Assembly (NCBI GenBank): GCA_041649575.1
Contig: JBAZMW010000002.1
Location: forward strand, 60,001 to 92,000
Source of the DNA: Patescibacteria group bacterium
Lineage (GTDB): Bacteria; Patescibacteriota; Patescibacteriia; 2-01-FULL-39-33
Length of the DNA stretch: 32,000 nucleotides
Direction of reading: 5' to 3'
Both the position numbers and the translations under genes were made by a program. This document shows positions 17,483 through 25,564 of this stretch, piece after piece. The notes below the pieces were generated by a model. That model ran no database searches, had not been told where the DNA came from, and saw only the letters and a program-made list of their open reading frames with translations. Position 1 is the first letter of the stretch. Each line of letters starts with the position of its first letter.

Positions 17483-17878
17483 TCATTTCTCCGGCGGCTG
17501 CTGCAGTTCTTGTAGCCTTTCAATCGTAGTCGCGGTGGCTTCGGCCTTTGTCCGGGTATTACGTAGCACTTCGTCGAGCACTCTGACCAGAATGCCGAAC
17601 CGTGGATTGGTCGGGTCTTTGGCAAACTCCTTCAGGAAGCGGGCTGCCATCTGTTCTCCGGATTCGTCATACACCTGGTCCAGCAAAGCGCCGCAACACT
17701 CGTCGACTATTAGCCGGCCGAGGAATACTGAAAGTCGGCGTCCATTCTCGCTGACATCGAGCTTGGGATAGCTGGTGCCGCATGCCTCACAGGTGACTGC
17801 CCTGGTCGTACTCGTGCTTGCATTGCACCAAGCACGGACGCTGGGACCTGCCGGTCTATCAAGGAGCGGTTTTGCCAT
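17483..17878 (-). CDS. Hypothetical protein, GC-rich islet
   Basis: 131-aa ORF with an aaaggaaa SD-like element 6 nt upstream of ATG and a downstream terminator. The antisense ORF 17451-17771 is low-complexity (SSS/CC-rich). No family recognised. Confidence 0.5.
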   Translation of the reverse strand: MAKPLLDRPAGPSVRAWCNASTSTTRAVTCEACGTSYPKLDVSENGRRLSVFLGRLIVDECCGALLDQVYDESGEQMAARFLKEFAKDPTNPRFGILVRVLDEVLRNTRTKAEATATTIERLQELQQPPEK

Positions 17879-17950
17879 GGTCGTTTCCTTTCGGTTATTG
17901 TCCTAGCATTTATCGCCCGCAGCTTACCAAAAGTTTTGTTAATTTGTCAA

Positions 17951-19270
17951 ATGAAGAAAATTATTTTTATTTTAGTTCTGACTCTGGTTGTTTTTATTGG
18001 TTTGAATTTCACCGCGCCGTTAAGAATTCAGGGCGACGGCGTTTTTTATTATTCTTGGTTGCATTCTTCCTGGTTCGACCACGATCTTGATTTCAGGAAT
18101 CAGCTGGAGCATTATTCTTCCTACGACGTTGCTAGCCGGTGGTTTTTAGAAAAAAATATCACCACGCCTCTTGGCCGTGTGCCCAATGCCTATGCCTATG
18201 GCGCGGCCTTGATGTGGCTGCCGTTTTTTCTGATCGCTCATCCGTTGTCTTTGGTTTTCCAAGGCGTTAATCAATCGCTTTTTGCCGCCGACGGTTATTC
18301 TTATTTTTATAATTTGTTTTTAAATTTTGGTTCCTGGTTTTATAGTTCGCTCGCCCTGATTTTTTGTTTTAAAATTCTAAAAAGATTTTTCAGCGAACGG
18401 ACGGCTTTCTTGTCCGCTCTGGCAATCTATCTGGCGACGCCATGGTTCTATTATCAGAATTTCGAGCCATTTATGGCGCACTCGGTCTCTTTGTTTTTGG
18501 TCAGCGTTTGGTTGTATCTGATGGTTCGGCTTTGGCATAAGGAAAAAGTGAATCATTGGCTGTTAATTTTTATTTTGTTTTTAATGTGCGCCACTCGTTG
18601 GCAAAATTTATTTTTTGCCGCCGCATATTTACCAATATTTTTTTTCCCCCTGCCAGAGGGGGAGACCAAGAGGGGGTGGGAGAAGAGGTGTCTTTTCTTT
18701 TTTAAAAAAATTTCGATTCTTGTCGTGCCGATAATTTTATTTGCTCTTAGTCAGGCCATAATCTGGGGCCGTCTTTATGGGCAATATCTACTTGTGCCGC
18801 AGGGCCATCGGTTCCTAAGGCCCGAATTTCACGGGCTGTACACGCTCTTTTCTTCGGATCATGGCCTGCTGTTGTGGTCGCCGATCCTGATTTTGGCCTT
18901 GATCGGTTTATACTGGCTGTGGAAAAAATCAAAATTTTTGACTGGCATTGTTTTGGCGGTTTTTATCTGCCAGTGGCTGATCAACAGCTCGCTCAATGAT
19001 TTGGGCGGTGGCGATGCTTTCGGCGGCCGTCGTTTTATTGAAACCTTGCCGTTTTTGGCGCTGGCTTTGGCGGCACTAATAGAAAAAATAAAGAAACACT
19101 ATTGGCAGGCTTTTGTTGTCATAATTATATTCATTGGCTGGAATTTTTTGCTTTTGGAAAATTACCGTCTACAAACCATTCCTCATGCCGGCCACTTTGA
19201 TTTTTTTCAAGTTAATTTTTTTCAGGTTGTCGGCCGAGACATTAATAGATTTATAATCTCTAAATTTTAA
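17951..19270 (+). CDS. Polytopic membrane protein, GT-C-like (ArnT/PMT_2-type glycosyltransferase-like)
   Basis: About 10+ TM helices. The first extracytoplasmic loop, GDGVFYYSWLHSSWFDHDLDF, resembles the acidic loop of GT-C enzymes. ATG (MKKIIFILVL) at 17951 is preferred to TTG 17936. Confidence 0.45.
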   Translation: MKKIIFILVLTLVVFIGLNFTAPLRIQGDGVFYYSWLHSSWFDHDLDFRNQLEHYSSYDVASRWFLEKNITTPLGRVPNAYAYGAALMWLPFFLIAHPLSLVFQGVNQSLFAADGYSYFYNLFLNFGSWFYSSLALIFCFKILKRFFSERTAFLSALAIYLATPWFYYQNFEPFMAHSVSLFLVSVWLYLMVRLWHKEKVNHWLLIFILFLMCATRWQNLFFAAAYLPIFFFPLPEGETKRGWEKRCLFFFKKISILVVPIILFALSQAIIWGRLYGQYLLVPQGHRFLRPEFHGLYTLFSSDHGLLLWSPILILALIGLYWLWKKSKFLTGIVLAVFICQWLINSSLNDLGGGDAFGGRRFIETLPFLALALAALIEKIKKHYWQAFVVIIIFIGWNFLLLENYRLQTIPHAGHFDFFQVNFFQVVGRDINRFIISKF

Positions 19271-19273
19271 TTT

Positions 19274-20035
19274 ATGGACGCCAAAACTATTGTCAGAAAA
19301 CTAGACCAAAAATTGGCCCAGTTTGCCAATAAAGAGAGGGCCTATTGGAGCAAAAAATATCTAAAGAGCCATTTTGAATTTTATGGTGCCGACAACGAGG
19401 CTGTCGTTGCCATCGCCAAAGGTTTCAAAAAAGAAAATAAAGATATCATAACTTCCGATTTGTGGAAAATAATCGATCTGTTGTGGCAATCCGGCTGCCA
19501 TGAACAACGCGCTTTGGCTATTAAAACATTGAAGCTATACCCCGATCTTTTGGAGATAAAGATAATGCCGCGTTTGGAAAAATTGCTTCGGACTTCGATC
19601 AATTGGGATCAGGTTGATGAAATTTCGGTACACTTGGTGGGGCGGGTGCTGGAAAAAGATTTTAAGCCAGGGGAGAAATATTTGATCAAGTGGAGTCAGA
19701 ATAAAAATTTTTGGCTACGCCGAGCCAGTTTGCTAGCCCAACTTTTATTGTTTAGAAAAAAGCAAGGCGACAAAAAATTATTTTTCATTTTGGCGGAAAA
19801 AATGTTAGACGAAAGCAAGTATCCAAAAAATTATTTTGTCACGCCCTACACCGAAGAAAAAATGGGCCGGTTTTTTATTCGCAAGGCGATTGGCTGGGTA
19901 CTAAGAGAATTGAGCGCCAAAGATCCGCAAGCAGTGGCAAGCTTTCTTAATAAGAATGAAAGGAAAATGTCTGGCCTGACTTATCGCGAGGGCAGCCGCA
20001 ATTTGCCCAAAGCTTACAAAAATAAACTAAAATGA
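19274..20035 (+). CDS. DNA alkylation repair protein (AlkD-like HEAT-repeat family)
   Basis: Helical-repeat protein with ERAYWSKKYLKS.FEFYG, WQSGCHEQRALAI, NFWLRRASLLAQL and IRKAIGWVLRE, consistent with the DNA_alkylation family. Confidence 0.7.
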   Translation: MDAKTIVRKLDQKLAQFANKERAYWSKKYLKSHFEFYGADNEAVVAIAKGFKKENKDIITSDLWKIIDLLWQSGCHEQRALAIKTLKLYPDLLEIKIMPRLEKLLRTSINWDQVDEISVHLVGRVLEKDFKPGEKYLIKWSQNKNFWLRRASLLAQLLLFRKKQGDKKLFFILAEKMLDESKYPKNYFVTPYTEEKMGRFFIRKAIGWVLRELSAKDPQAVASFLNKNERKMSGLTYREGSRNLPKAYKNKLK

Positions 20036-20099
20036 TTAGCGCTTGGTCTCATTCTTATTTTTTTGCTATGATTAAGTTGATTAAAATTAAATTTATTTT

Positions 20100-20975
20100 A
20101 TGAGTCAATCTAGTGTTCGCAAGTTAATCATTCCCGTGGCCGGTATTGGCACGCGCATGCTGCCAGTCACCAAGGCCCAGCCCAAGGAGATGCTGCCGGT
20201 TTTGGATAAGCCGGTTATTCAGTATATTGTGGAAGAGGCGGTCAAGGCCGGCATTAGAGACGTGATTTTTGTCACTGGCGCCAGCAAGCGTGCCATTGAA
20301 GATCATTTTGACCGCAACGAAGCTCTGGAGCGTGTTTGTCTGGAATCCAACAAAGAAGAGGTCTGCCGCAAGATCAAAGAAGTTGCCGAATTGGCTAATT
20401 TTATTTTTATTCGCCAGCGTGGACCATATGGCACGGGCACGCCGGTATTAAACGCCAAGGATTTAATTGGTAATGAGCCCTTTGCTGTGGTTTGGGGCGA
20501 TGAAATTATCAAGTGCCCCGAAGGCAAGGCGCATCTCAAGCAGCTGATAGATGTTTATGAGAGATATGGCGATCCGGTGGTGACTGCTATTGATACCGAT
20601 GACGAAGGCACTAAAAAATATGGCGTTGTCGAGGGTGTGAAGATTAGCGATGATTTGTATGAGGTAAAGAGGCTTTTGGAAAAACCAGGTCCCGCCGGCA
20701 CTGCCAGCCGTGTCGGTTCGATTGGCGGCTATGTACTGACTCCCGATGTTTTTGAAATTATCGAGACGATGCCGGCGGTCAACGGCCGCGAAAGATATCT
20801 GACCGATGCCATTGATTTATTAATTAAAAAACGCCCGGTTTATGGCAAGGTTATCGAAGGCACGCAGCACGATACCGGCAATAAATTCAATTGGATCAAA
20901 ACTAACATCGAGTTTGCCCTGGAAGATCCAGAAATTAGTCAGCGGCTTAAGGAATTTTTAAAAAGCGTAATTTAG
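20100..20975 (+). CDS. galU: UTP--glucose-1-phosphate uridylyltransferase
   Basis: KLIIPVAGIGTRMLPVTKAQPKEMLPVLDKPVIQYIVEEAVKAGI, VWGDE and RYLTDAI. Confidence 0.92.
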   Translation: MSQSSVRKLIIPVAGIGTRMLPVTKAQPKEMLPVLDKPVIQYIVEEAVKAGIRDVIFVTGASKRAIEDHFDRNEALERVCLESNKEEVCRKIKEVAELANFIFIRQRGPYGTGTPVLNAKDLIGNEPFAVVWGDEIIKCPEGKAHLKQLIDVYERYGDPVVTAIDTDDEGTKKYGVVEGVKISDDLYEVKRLLEKPGPAGTASRVGSIGGYVLTPDVFEIIETMPAVNGRERYLTDAIDLLIKKRPVYGKVIEGTQHDTGNKFNWIKTNIEFALEDPEISQRLKEFLKSVI

Positions 20976-20986
20976 TAAGAAAATAG

Positions 20987-21017
20987 AAAAAGCGACCAAA
21001 ATCGCTTTTTTCATTTT
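20987..21017 (+). terminator. Rho-independent terminator after galU
   Basis: aaaaagcga-ccaaaa-tcgcttttt followed by tcatttt. Confidence 0.65.
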
Positions 21018-21028
21018 AGCTTTGTTTG

Positions 21029-21037
21029 TGTTATAAT
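21029..21037 (+). promoter_or_regulatory. Extended -10 promoter element (TGTTATAAT) 7 nt upstream of the hydrogenase beta-subunit ATG; implies a leaderless or near-leaderless transcript
   Basis: tgttataat at 21029-21037, ATG at 21045, and no SD between them. Confidence 0.4.
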
Positions 21038-21044
21038 ATATCCC

Positions 21045-22022
21045 ATGCTAGACCAAAATATTAAAAAGTTTTTGGCTAAACTCTCGCAGTCGTTTCTTTT
21101 GTTCGCCCCGCAACCGTTGGGGAGTGTTGTTAAAATAAAGCCAGTTGCAGAGATTGGCAATATCGACTGGTCGGGCGCTATGCCGCTCAACTCCTGGAAA
21201 GAAATTTTTTTACCAGCCAGAGAAAGATTATTCGACCTAAAGAAAAATTCTTTTTTTGAGTCCAAGACGGATTATCCGGCTACCGCCTGCATTGGCATTA
21301 ATGTTTTGGATTTAAAGGCCTTTACTTTATTTGAACAGGTGTTCGGCCGCGATGCTTATTATCAACAGCGGCGTCGCAATCTGTTGCTTGTCGGCTACAG
21401 CGCCCAGTGGCCCAATGATTACAAAAAATACAAAGTTTTCAGTCATAACTGGGAAGAAGATATTTTAGAGCATCTGGTTTTTGATATTTTTATAATTCAA
21501 CTGAAGAACGATAAAACCAAGATTTACTCCGGTTCAGAGAAAGGGCAATTGATTCTAGAAAAATACGGCCTGAAAAATTACACGCATTTGGAATTTGCCG
21601 GCGCTGTCAAAGAGCAAGGCCCGGATAAAAAAATGTTGGAGCTCAAGGAAAAGCTGGCTAAGGCCTCCAGCCACAAACTCTGGAACGAACTTGATAAAAT
21701 TTGCCTGGCCTGCGGTAAATGCTCGATCGCTTGCCCCACTTGTTTTTGTTTTGATTTATTTGATAAAGTCGACCCCGATAAGAATTGTCGCGAGCGTTAT
21801 TGGGGCAATTGTTTTTATAACGATTTTTCCAAGGTGGCCGGCGGTTTTAAAGAGCTAGACACAGTCAAAAAGAAGATTTATTTTTGGTATACCCACAAAT
21901 TTGTCCGCATTCCGCACGAATATTCTCTGCCCGGTTGTGTCGGTTGCGGCCGTTGCACTCGTGTTTGTCCGGTGGGAATTGATATTGCCAAAAACGTTTC
22001 TATTATCGGTAAAATCAGATAG
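21045..22022 (+). CDS. [NiFe]-hydrogenase group 3b (sulfhydrogenase-type) beta subunit, 4Fe-4S dicluster protein (AsrA-like)
   Basis: CLACGKCSIACPTCFC and CVGCGRCTRVCPVG ferredoxin motifs in the C-terminal half. The AsrA/HydB-like length and its position before an AsrB-like gene support the call. Confidence 0.8.
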   Translation: MLDQNIKKFLAKLSQSFLLFAPQPLGSVVKIKPVAEIGNIDWSGAMPLNSWKEIFLPARERLFDLKKNSFFESKTDYPATACIGINVLDLKAFTLFEQVFGRDAYYQQRRRNLLLVGYSAQWPNDYKKYKVFSHNWEEDILEHLVFDIFIIQLKNDKTKIYSGSEKGQLILEKYGLKNYTHLEFAGAVKEQGPDKKMLELKEKLAKASSHKLWNELDKICLACGKCSIACPTCFCFDLFDKVDPDKNCRERYWGNCFYNDFSKVAGGFKELDTVKKKIYFWYTHKFVRIPHEYSLPGCVGCGRCTRVCPVGIDIAKNVSIIGKIR

Positions 22023-22027
22023 TTTCA

Positions 22028-22849
22028 ATGAACAATATTTACCAAGCTCAACCAGCCAAAATAATCAGTGTCGTTCAAGAATCTTTAGACACCAGGTTTT
22101 TTCGCTTGACCTTTGTCAACAAAAAATTACAAAAGGAGCTGGCTTTTCTGCCGGGCCAATTCGTGCAAATCGGTTTGCCGGGCTGGGGCGAGTGTCCTAT
22201 TAGCATCTGTTCTTCCCCCTCCAACGCCAATAAATTCTTTGAGTTAGCCATCAGAAACGTCGGTACGCTGACTAATGAGCTTAGTCGGTTGAAAGCCGGG
22301 GAAATAGTGTTTATCCGCGGGCCATACGGCAACGGTTTTGATATCGATTTTTCCAAAGATAAGCCGCTAGTGATAATCGGCGGTGGTTGCGGTTTTGTGC
22401 CACTAAGGCCACTGATTCAGGATTTTTTGGCTGGCCGTTTGTCTAGTTCCAGCCTGCAGATATTTTATGGCTGCCTCAATGAAAAAACCCTGTTGTTTAG
22501 AAAAGAATATCATCTTTGGAATCGCCGCGCCGAACTCAACATTATTTTGGAAAAGCCGTCCAGAGAATGGAAGGGCAAAAAAGGCCTGATTACAGATCTG
22601 CTGGCCCAAAAAAAGATTTCGGCCAGCTCGGTGGCTGTTCTGGTGGGCCCGCCAGTGATGTACAGGTTTGTCATCAAGGAACTCAAAAAAAGAAATCTGA
22701 AAGATGAAAATATTTATTTGTCGCTGGAGCGGAAAATGTATTGCGGCACTGGTGTTTGCCAGCATTGTGCCATTGGCCCGTATTATGTCTGTAAAGATGG
22801 CCCGGTTTTCTCTTGGAGCCAGCTGAAAGGTTTGCCTCAAGCGATTTAA
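22028..22849 (+). CDS. [NiFe]-hydrogenase group 3b gamma subunit, FAD/NAD(P)-binding oxidoreductase with C-terminal 2Fe-2S (AsrB/PyrK-like)
   Basis: FLPGQFVQI (FAD-binding barrel), IIGGGCGFVPLRPL (NAD(P) binding) and C-terminal CGTGVCQHCAIGPYYVCKDGPVF. Confidence 0.85.
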   Translation: MNNIYQAQPAKIISVVQESLDTRFFRLTFVNKKLQKELAFLPGQFVQIGLPGWGECPISICSSPSNANKFFELAIRNVGTLTNELSRLKAGEIVFIRGPYGNGFDIDFSKDKPLVIIGGGCGFVPLRPLIQDFLAGRLSSSSLQIFYGCLNEKTLLFRKEYHLWNRRAELNIILEKPSREWKGKKGLITDLLAQKKISASSVAVLVGPPVMYRFVIKELKKRNLKDENIYLSLERKMYCGTGVCQHCAIGPYYVCKDGPVFSWSQLKGLPQAI

Positions 22850-22852
22850 TTT

Positions 22853-23365
22853 ATGCTGTTAACGGTTTTGTTCTTAATAATTATGGTGATTCTTGGCTCT
22901 GCCGCCGTTGCCGGTTTGTCTGCTGCTCCTTGGGTGCCAATGAGGAAAGCGGATGTGATACGAGCCGTGGAATTAGCTGAAGTGAAAGCCGGTGACAGGG
23001 TTTACGATTTGGGTTGTGGTGACGGTCGGTTGGTTTTTGCCGCCAGTGGTCGCGGTGCCAAAGCGATTGGCTTGGAAATTTCCTTATTGCCTTTTGTTAT
23101 TGCCAAAATCAGAAGCTGGTTTCAGCCGCTGACCAGGGTGTCATTTAAAAGTTTTTTCAGACAGAATTTGGAAGATGCCGATGTGGTTTTCGTTTTTTTG
23201 ATGAAAAAGATTTATCCGAAACTGGCGACAAAACTAACCAAAGAATTGAAGCCGGGAGCCAGAATCGTGGTTTACTGCTGGCCGATTGATGAATTAAAAA
23301 GCAGTCTGATTGAAAAAAATAAGCCAACCGAAAAAGATTTGCCGCTCTATCTTTATCAAATTTAA
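22853..23365 (+). CDS. Membrane-anchored class I SAM-dependent methyltransferase
   Basis: N-terminal TM helix MLLTVLFLIIMVILGSAAVAGL. Motif I VYDLGCGDGRLVFAAS and a post-I acidic GLEIS. Its start is 3 nt after the gamma-subunit stop. Confidence 0.75.
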   Translation: MLLTVLFLIIMVILGSAAVAGLSAAPWVPMRKADVIRAVELAEVKAGDRVYDLGCGDGRLVFAASGRGAKAIGLEISLLPFVIAKIRSWFQPLTRVSFKSFFRQNLEDADVVFVFLMKKIYPKLATKLTKELKPGARIVVYCWPIDELKSSLIEKNKPTEKDLPLYLYQI

Positions 23366-23382
23366 TAATTAATTTAAAAACT

Positions 23383-23523
23383 ATGTTTGGAGTCGCCCTC
23401 ATTATCGTCGGAGCCATTTTTCTGCTCAAAGGTCTGGGCCTGTTATCCATGTTCCAATGGGACTTGATCTGGCCAGTCGTTTTAATTGTCATTGGTATCT
23501 TGATGGTTTTCAAAAGGAGGTAG
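23383..23523 (+). CDS. 46-aa two-helix membrane protein (DUF5668/LiaF-N-like)
   Basis: MFGVALIIVGAIFLLKGLGLLSMFQWDLIWPVVLIVIGILMVFKRR. Below the ORF-track length cut-off. Pattern G..L..GL.......W..WP..LI..G resembles DUF5668. Confidence 0.45.
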   Translation: MFGVALIIVGAIFLLKGLGLLSMFQWDLIWPVVLIVIGILMVFKRR

Positions 23524-23553
23524 CTCTCCCGGCCATAAGCTATAAATCTATTT

Positions 23554-24834
23554 ATGTGCCTCACTCTGCCGGCCAAAGTTGTTAAAGTCAAAGGGTTACA
23601 AGCCGAGATTTTAGCCAGTGGCGCAAAACAAGTGGTGAAAATAGGCACTGCCGCTAAAATTAGAGCGGGGGATTGGGTGCTTTATACCAATAATTTTTTA
23701 ATAAAAAAAATCAGTCAGACTGAAGCCGAAGAAATTTCCGCCTTGCTTGGTTCCTATCAAGGCGTTACCGAAGCTAAACTAGAAAAAAAATTAAAGGACA
23801 TTCTAACGGCCTCGTCCGTTCGCGATCTAAACGTCGAAGAGATTGAATATCTTTTGGGAGTTGATGGTCAAATTTCACAGGCAGCTCTTTTTTCACAGGC
23901 CAATGTGGCCAGAAAAGCCAATATCAAAGATCATATCTGTATCCATGGCATTATTGAGTTTTCCAACCACTGTCAAAACGATTGTCTTTATTGCGGCCTA
24001 AGGAGAAGTAATGACAAAGTTAGCCGTTACCGCCTGTCGCCGGAAAAAATAATCAAAATAGCAGTGGCTGCTGTCAATAATCGCGGTTACAAGATTCTGG
24101 TCTTGCAATCGGGCGAAGACGATTATTATAGCGATGGTAAAATAGAATTAATTATAAAAGAAATAAAAAAACAGGCCAGAGTTTTCATTTATTTAAGTAT
24201 TGGTGACAGAAGTGAAGCGGCTTACAAAAAATTCAAAGTTGCCGGCGCCAGCGGTGTCCTATACCGTTTTGAAACTTCCAACCCCGATATCTATGTCAGC
24301 CTGCACCCCGGCGACTCTCTGGAAAAAAGATTGGAAAATTTAGAAATGATGAGAAATCTGGGTTATGCGCTTTCCTCCGGGCCACTCATTGGCTTGCCAG
24401 CTCAAACATTAAAAGATTTGGCCAGTGATATAACACTAATGAAAAAGCTGGGTGTGTTTATGCCCTCAATGGGGCCGTTAATTCCTTCAGCCGAGACGCC
24501 GTTGGCCGGTGAAAAAAAGATTGATTTTGGCTTAGTTTTAAAAATGATTGCTGCCAGCCGTTTGGTTATGCCCAAAGCCAGAATTCCCGTTACTACTGCC
24601 ATGGAGACTTTGGCGCGAGGCGAGGGAATAAGTATCGATGAAGCTAGACAGAAATGTTTTATGGCCGGCGCTAATTCCGTAATGTTGAATCTGACTCCTG
24701 AAACCCAACGGCAGAAATATTATATTTATGAAAACAAATTTTTTGATGTCGAAAAGAAATATGAGAATTGGGGGTTGTTTAAGGGAGAATTGAGTTATCG
24801 GATGTTGGAAGAAGAGTTACGGGTCAGTATTTAA
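23554..24834 (+). CDS. Fusion protein: N-terminal HypC/HupF hydrogenase chaperone domain + HydE-like radical-SAM enzyme
   Basis: Residues 1-~70, MCLTLPAKVVKVKGLQAEILASGAKQVVKIGTAAKIRAGDWVLYTNNFLIKKISQTEAEEISALL, give the HypC pattern: Met-Cys start, G.xA.V, GDWVL, EAxE. The rest has IIEFSNHCQNDCLYCGLRR (CX3CX2C), VLQSGEDDYY, RFETSNP, GLPAQTLKDL, GPLIPSAETPLAG and IPVTTAMETL, the pattern I recognise from HydE (BioB/PylB/HmdB clade). Confidence 0.8.
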   Translation: MCLTLPAKVVKVKGLQAEILASGAKQVVKIGTAAKIRAGDWVLYTNNFLIKKISQTEAEEISALLGSYQGVTEAKLEKKLKDILTASSVRDLNVEEIEYLLGVDGQISQAALFSQANVARKANIKDHICIHGIIEFSNHCQNDCLYCGLRRSNDKVSRYRLSPEKIIKIAVAAVNNRGYKILVLQSGEDDYYSDGKIELIIKEIKKQARVFIYLSIGDRSEAAYKKFKVAGASGVLYRFETSNPDIYVSLHPGDSLEKRLENLEMMRNLGYALSSGPLIGLPAQTLKDLASDITLMKKLGVFMPSMGPLIPSAETPLAGEKKIDFGLVLKMIAASRLVMPKARIPVTTAMETLARGEGISIDEARQKCFMAGANSVMLNLTPETQRQKYYIYENKFFDVEKKYENWGLFKGELSYRMLEEELRVSI

Positions 24835-24879
24835 AATAAAAAAAGAAGCAGCTTCAGGCCGAACTCGGCCCGAAGCTGC
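24835..24879 (-). terminator. Rho-independent terminator of the minus-strand phosphatidyltransferase gene (convergent with the HypC-HydE gene)
   Basis: gcagcttcaggccga-ac-tcggcccgaagctgc (about 14 bp, one mismatch). On the minus strand it is followed by ttcttttttta. Confidence 0.75.
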
Positions 24880-24898
24880 GAATGATCGCCTCTTGCCA

Positions 24899-25456
24899 TC
24901 ACACTTGCTGCTGAACCACTATCTTGCGGTAGTAGTCCAGCCCCGACCAGATGCAGACCGCGCTGATGAGTATCCCAGTGGTGTAGTACAGCATTTCCCT
25001 GAAGCCAGAGAGCGGACTTAAGTAGCTGCCCGGAACTGGTAGCGCCGCCACCAGGGAGCACATGCAAGTCAAATTGACCACGGTCTTGATCTTGCCCGAG
25101 GTCTTGGCGCCGATCACCTCGCGCGCGTAGTAGTGGCGCAGTATGGTGGAGAAGGTGTCGCGCAAGACGATGATGATCACCGGCAAGAGATGGATCATCC
25201 CATGAAAGTACAGCGGGACAAAAATCAAGATCAGCACTTTATCGGCCAGCGGATCCAGCCATTTGCCGGCAGCCGTGGAGCCCCAAAGACGAGCCGCGAG
25301 ACCATCGAGCTTATCGCTTATGGCGCACCACAACACCAGTACAAACAGCAAGACGTGTGACTGAGGCGAGATTGGCGAATAGCACAGAATAATCAGCGCG
25401 GGGCCTGTCAAAACGATTCTCGACAGGGTGATAAAATTGGCAATATTCCTTTTCAA
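24899..25456 (-). CDS. CDP-alcohol phosphatidyltransferase (PgsA-like)
   Basis: Signature D-x2-DG-x2-AR...G-x3-D-x3-D in SDKLDGLAARLWGSTAAGKWLDPLADK. Multiple TM helices. TTG start preceded by gaggaggg. GC-rich relative to neighbours. Confidence 0.8.
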   Translation of the reverse strand: MKRNIANFITLSRIVLTGPALIILCYSPISPQSHVLLFVLVLWCAISDKLDGLAARLWGSTAAGKWLDPLADKVLILIFVPLYFHGMIHLLPVIIIVLRDTFSTILRHYYAREVIGAKTSGKIKTVVNLTCMCSLVAALPVPGSYLSPLSGFREMLYYTTGILISAVCIWSGLDYYRKIVVQQQV

Positions 25457-25564
25457 GGTACGCCCTCCTCAAGGGTTGAAAATCAGAATCAGCATTACTA
25501 TCAAATTCTATTTAAATTATTTTTATAAGTCAATATAGCTTAGCTAATTAATAATTAGAAAATT

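Noticed and set aside
17451-17771. 106-aa plus-strand ORF in the second GC-rich islet
   Set aside because: It is low-complexity (Ser/Cys/Val runs), has no SD, and would read into the terminator from the wrong side. The minus-strand 131-aa ORF has an SD, an ATG and a downstream terminator.
18645-18690. Short palindrome tccccct-gccag-aggggga plus a purine-rich run inside the GT-C-like membrane protein (encodes PLPEGETKRGWEKR)
   Set aside because: It may be another tiny repeat-derived insertion in a loop. It is too short and has no second copy in the window, so it cannot be distinguished from chance or an ordinary hydrophilic loop.
22403-22840. 145-aa minus-strand ORF
   Set aside because: It is antisense to the hydrogenase gamma subunit, whose frame contains the FAD/NAD and 2Fe-2S motifs.
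23157-23648. 163-aa minus-strand ORF spanning the methyltransferase 3' end, the 46-aa ORF and the HypC start
   Set aside because: It crosses three plus-strand genes and their intergenic gaps and has no recognisable domain. The plus-strand genes have clear motifs.
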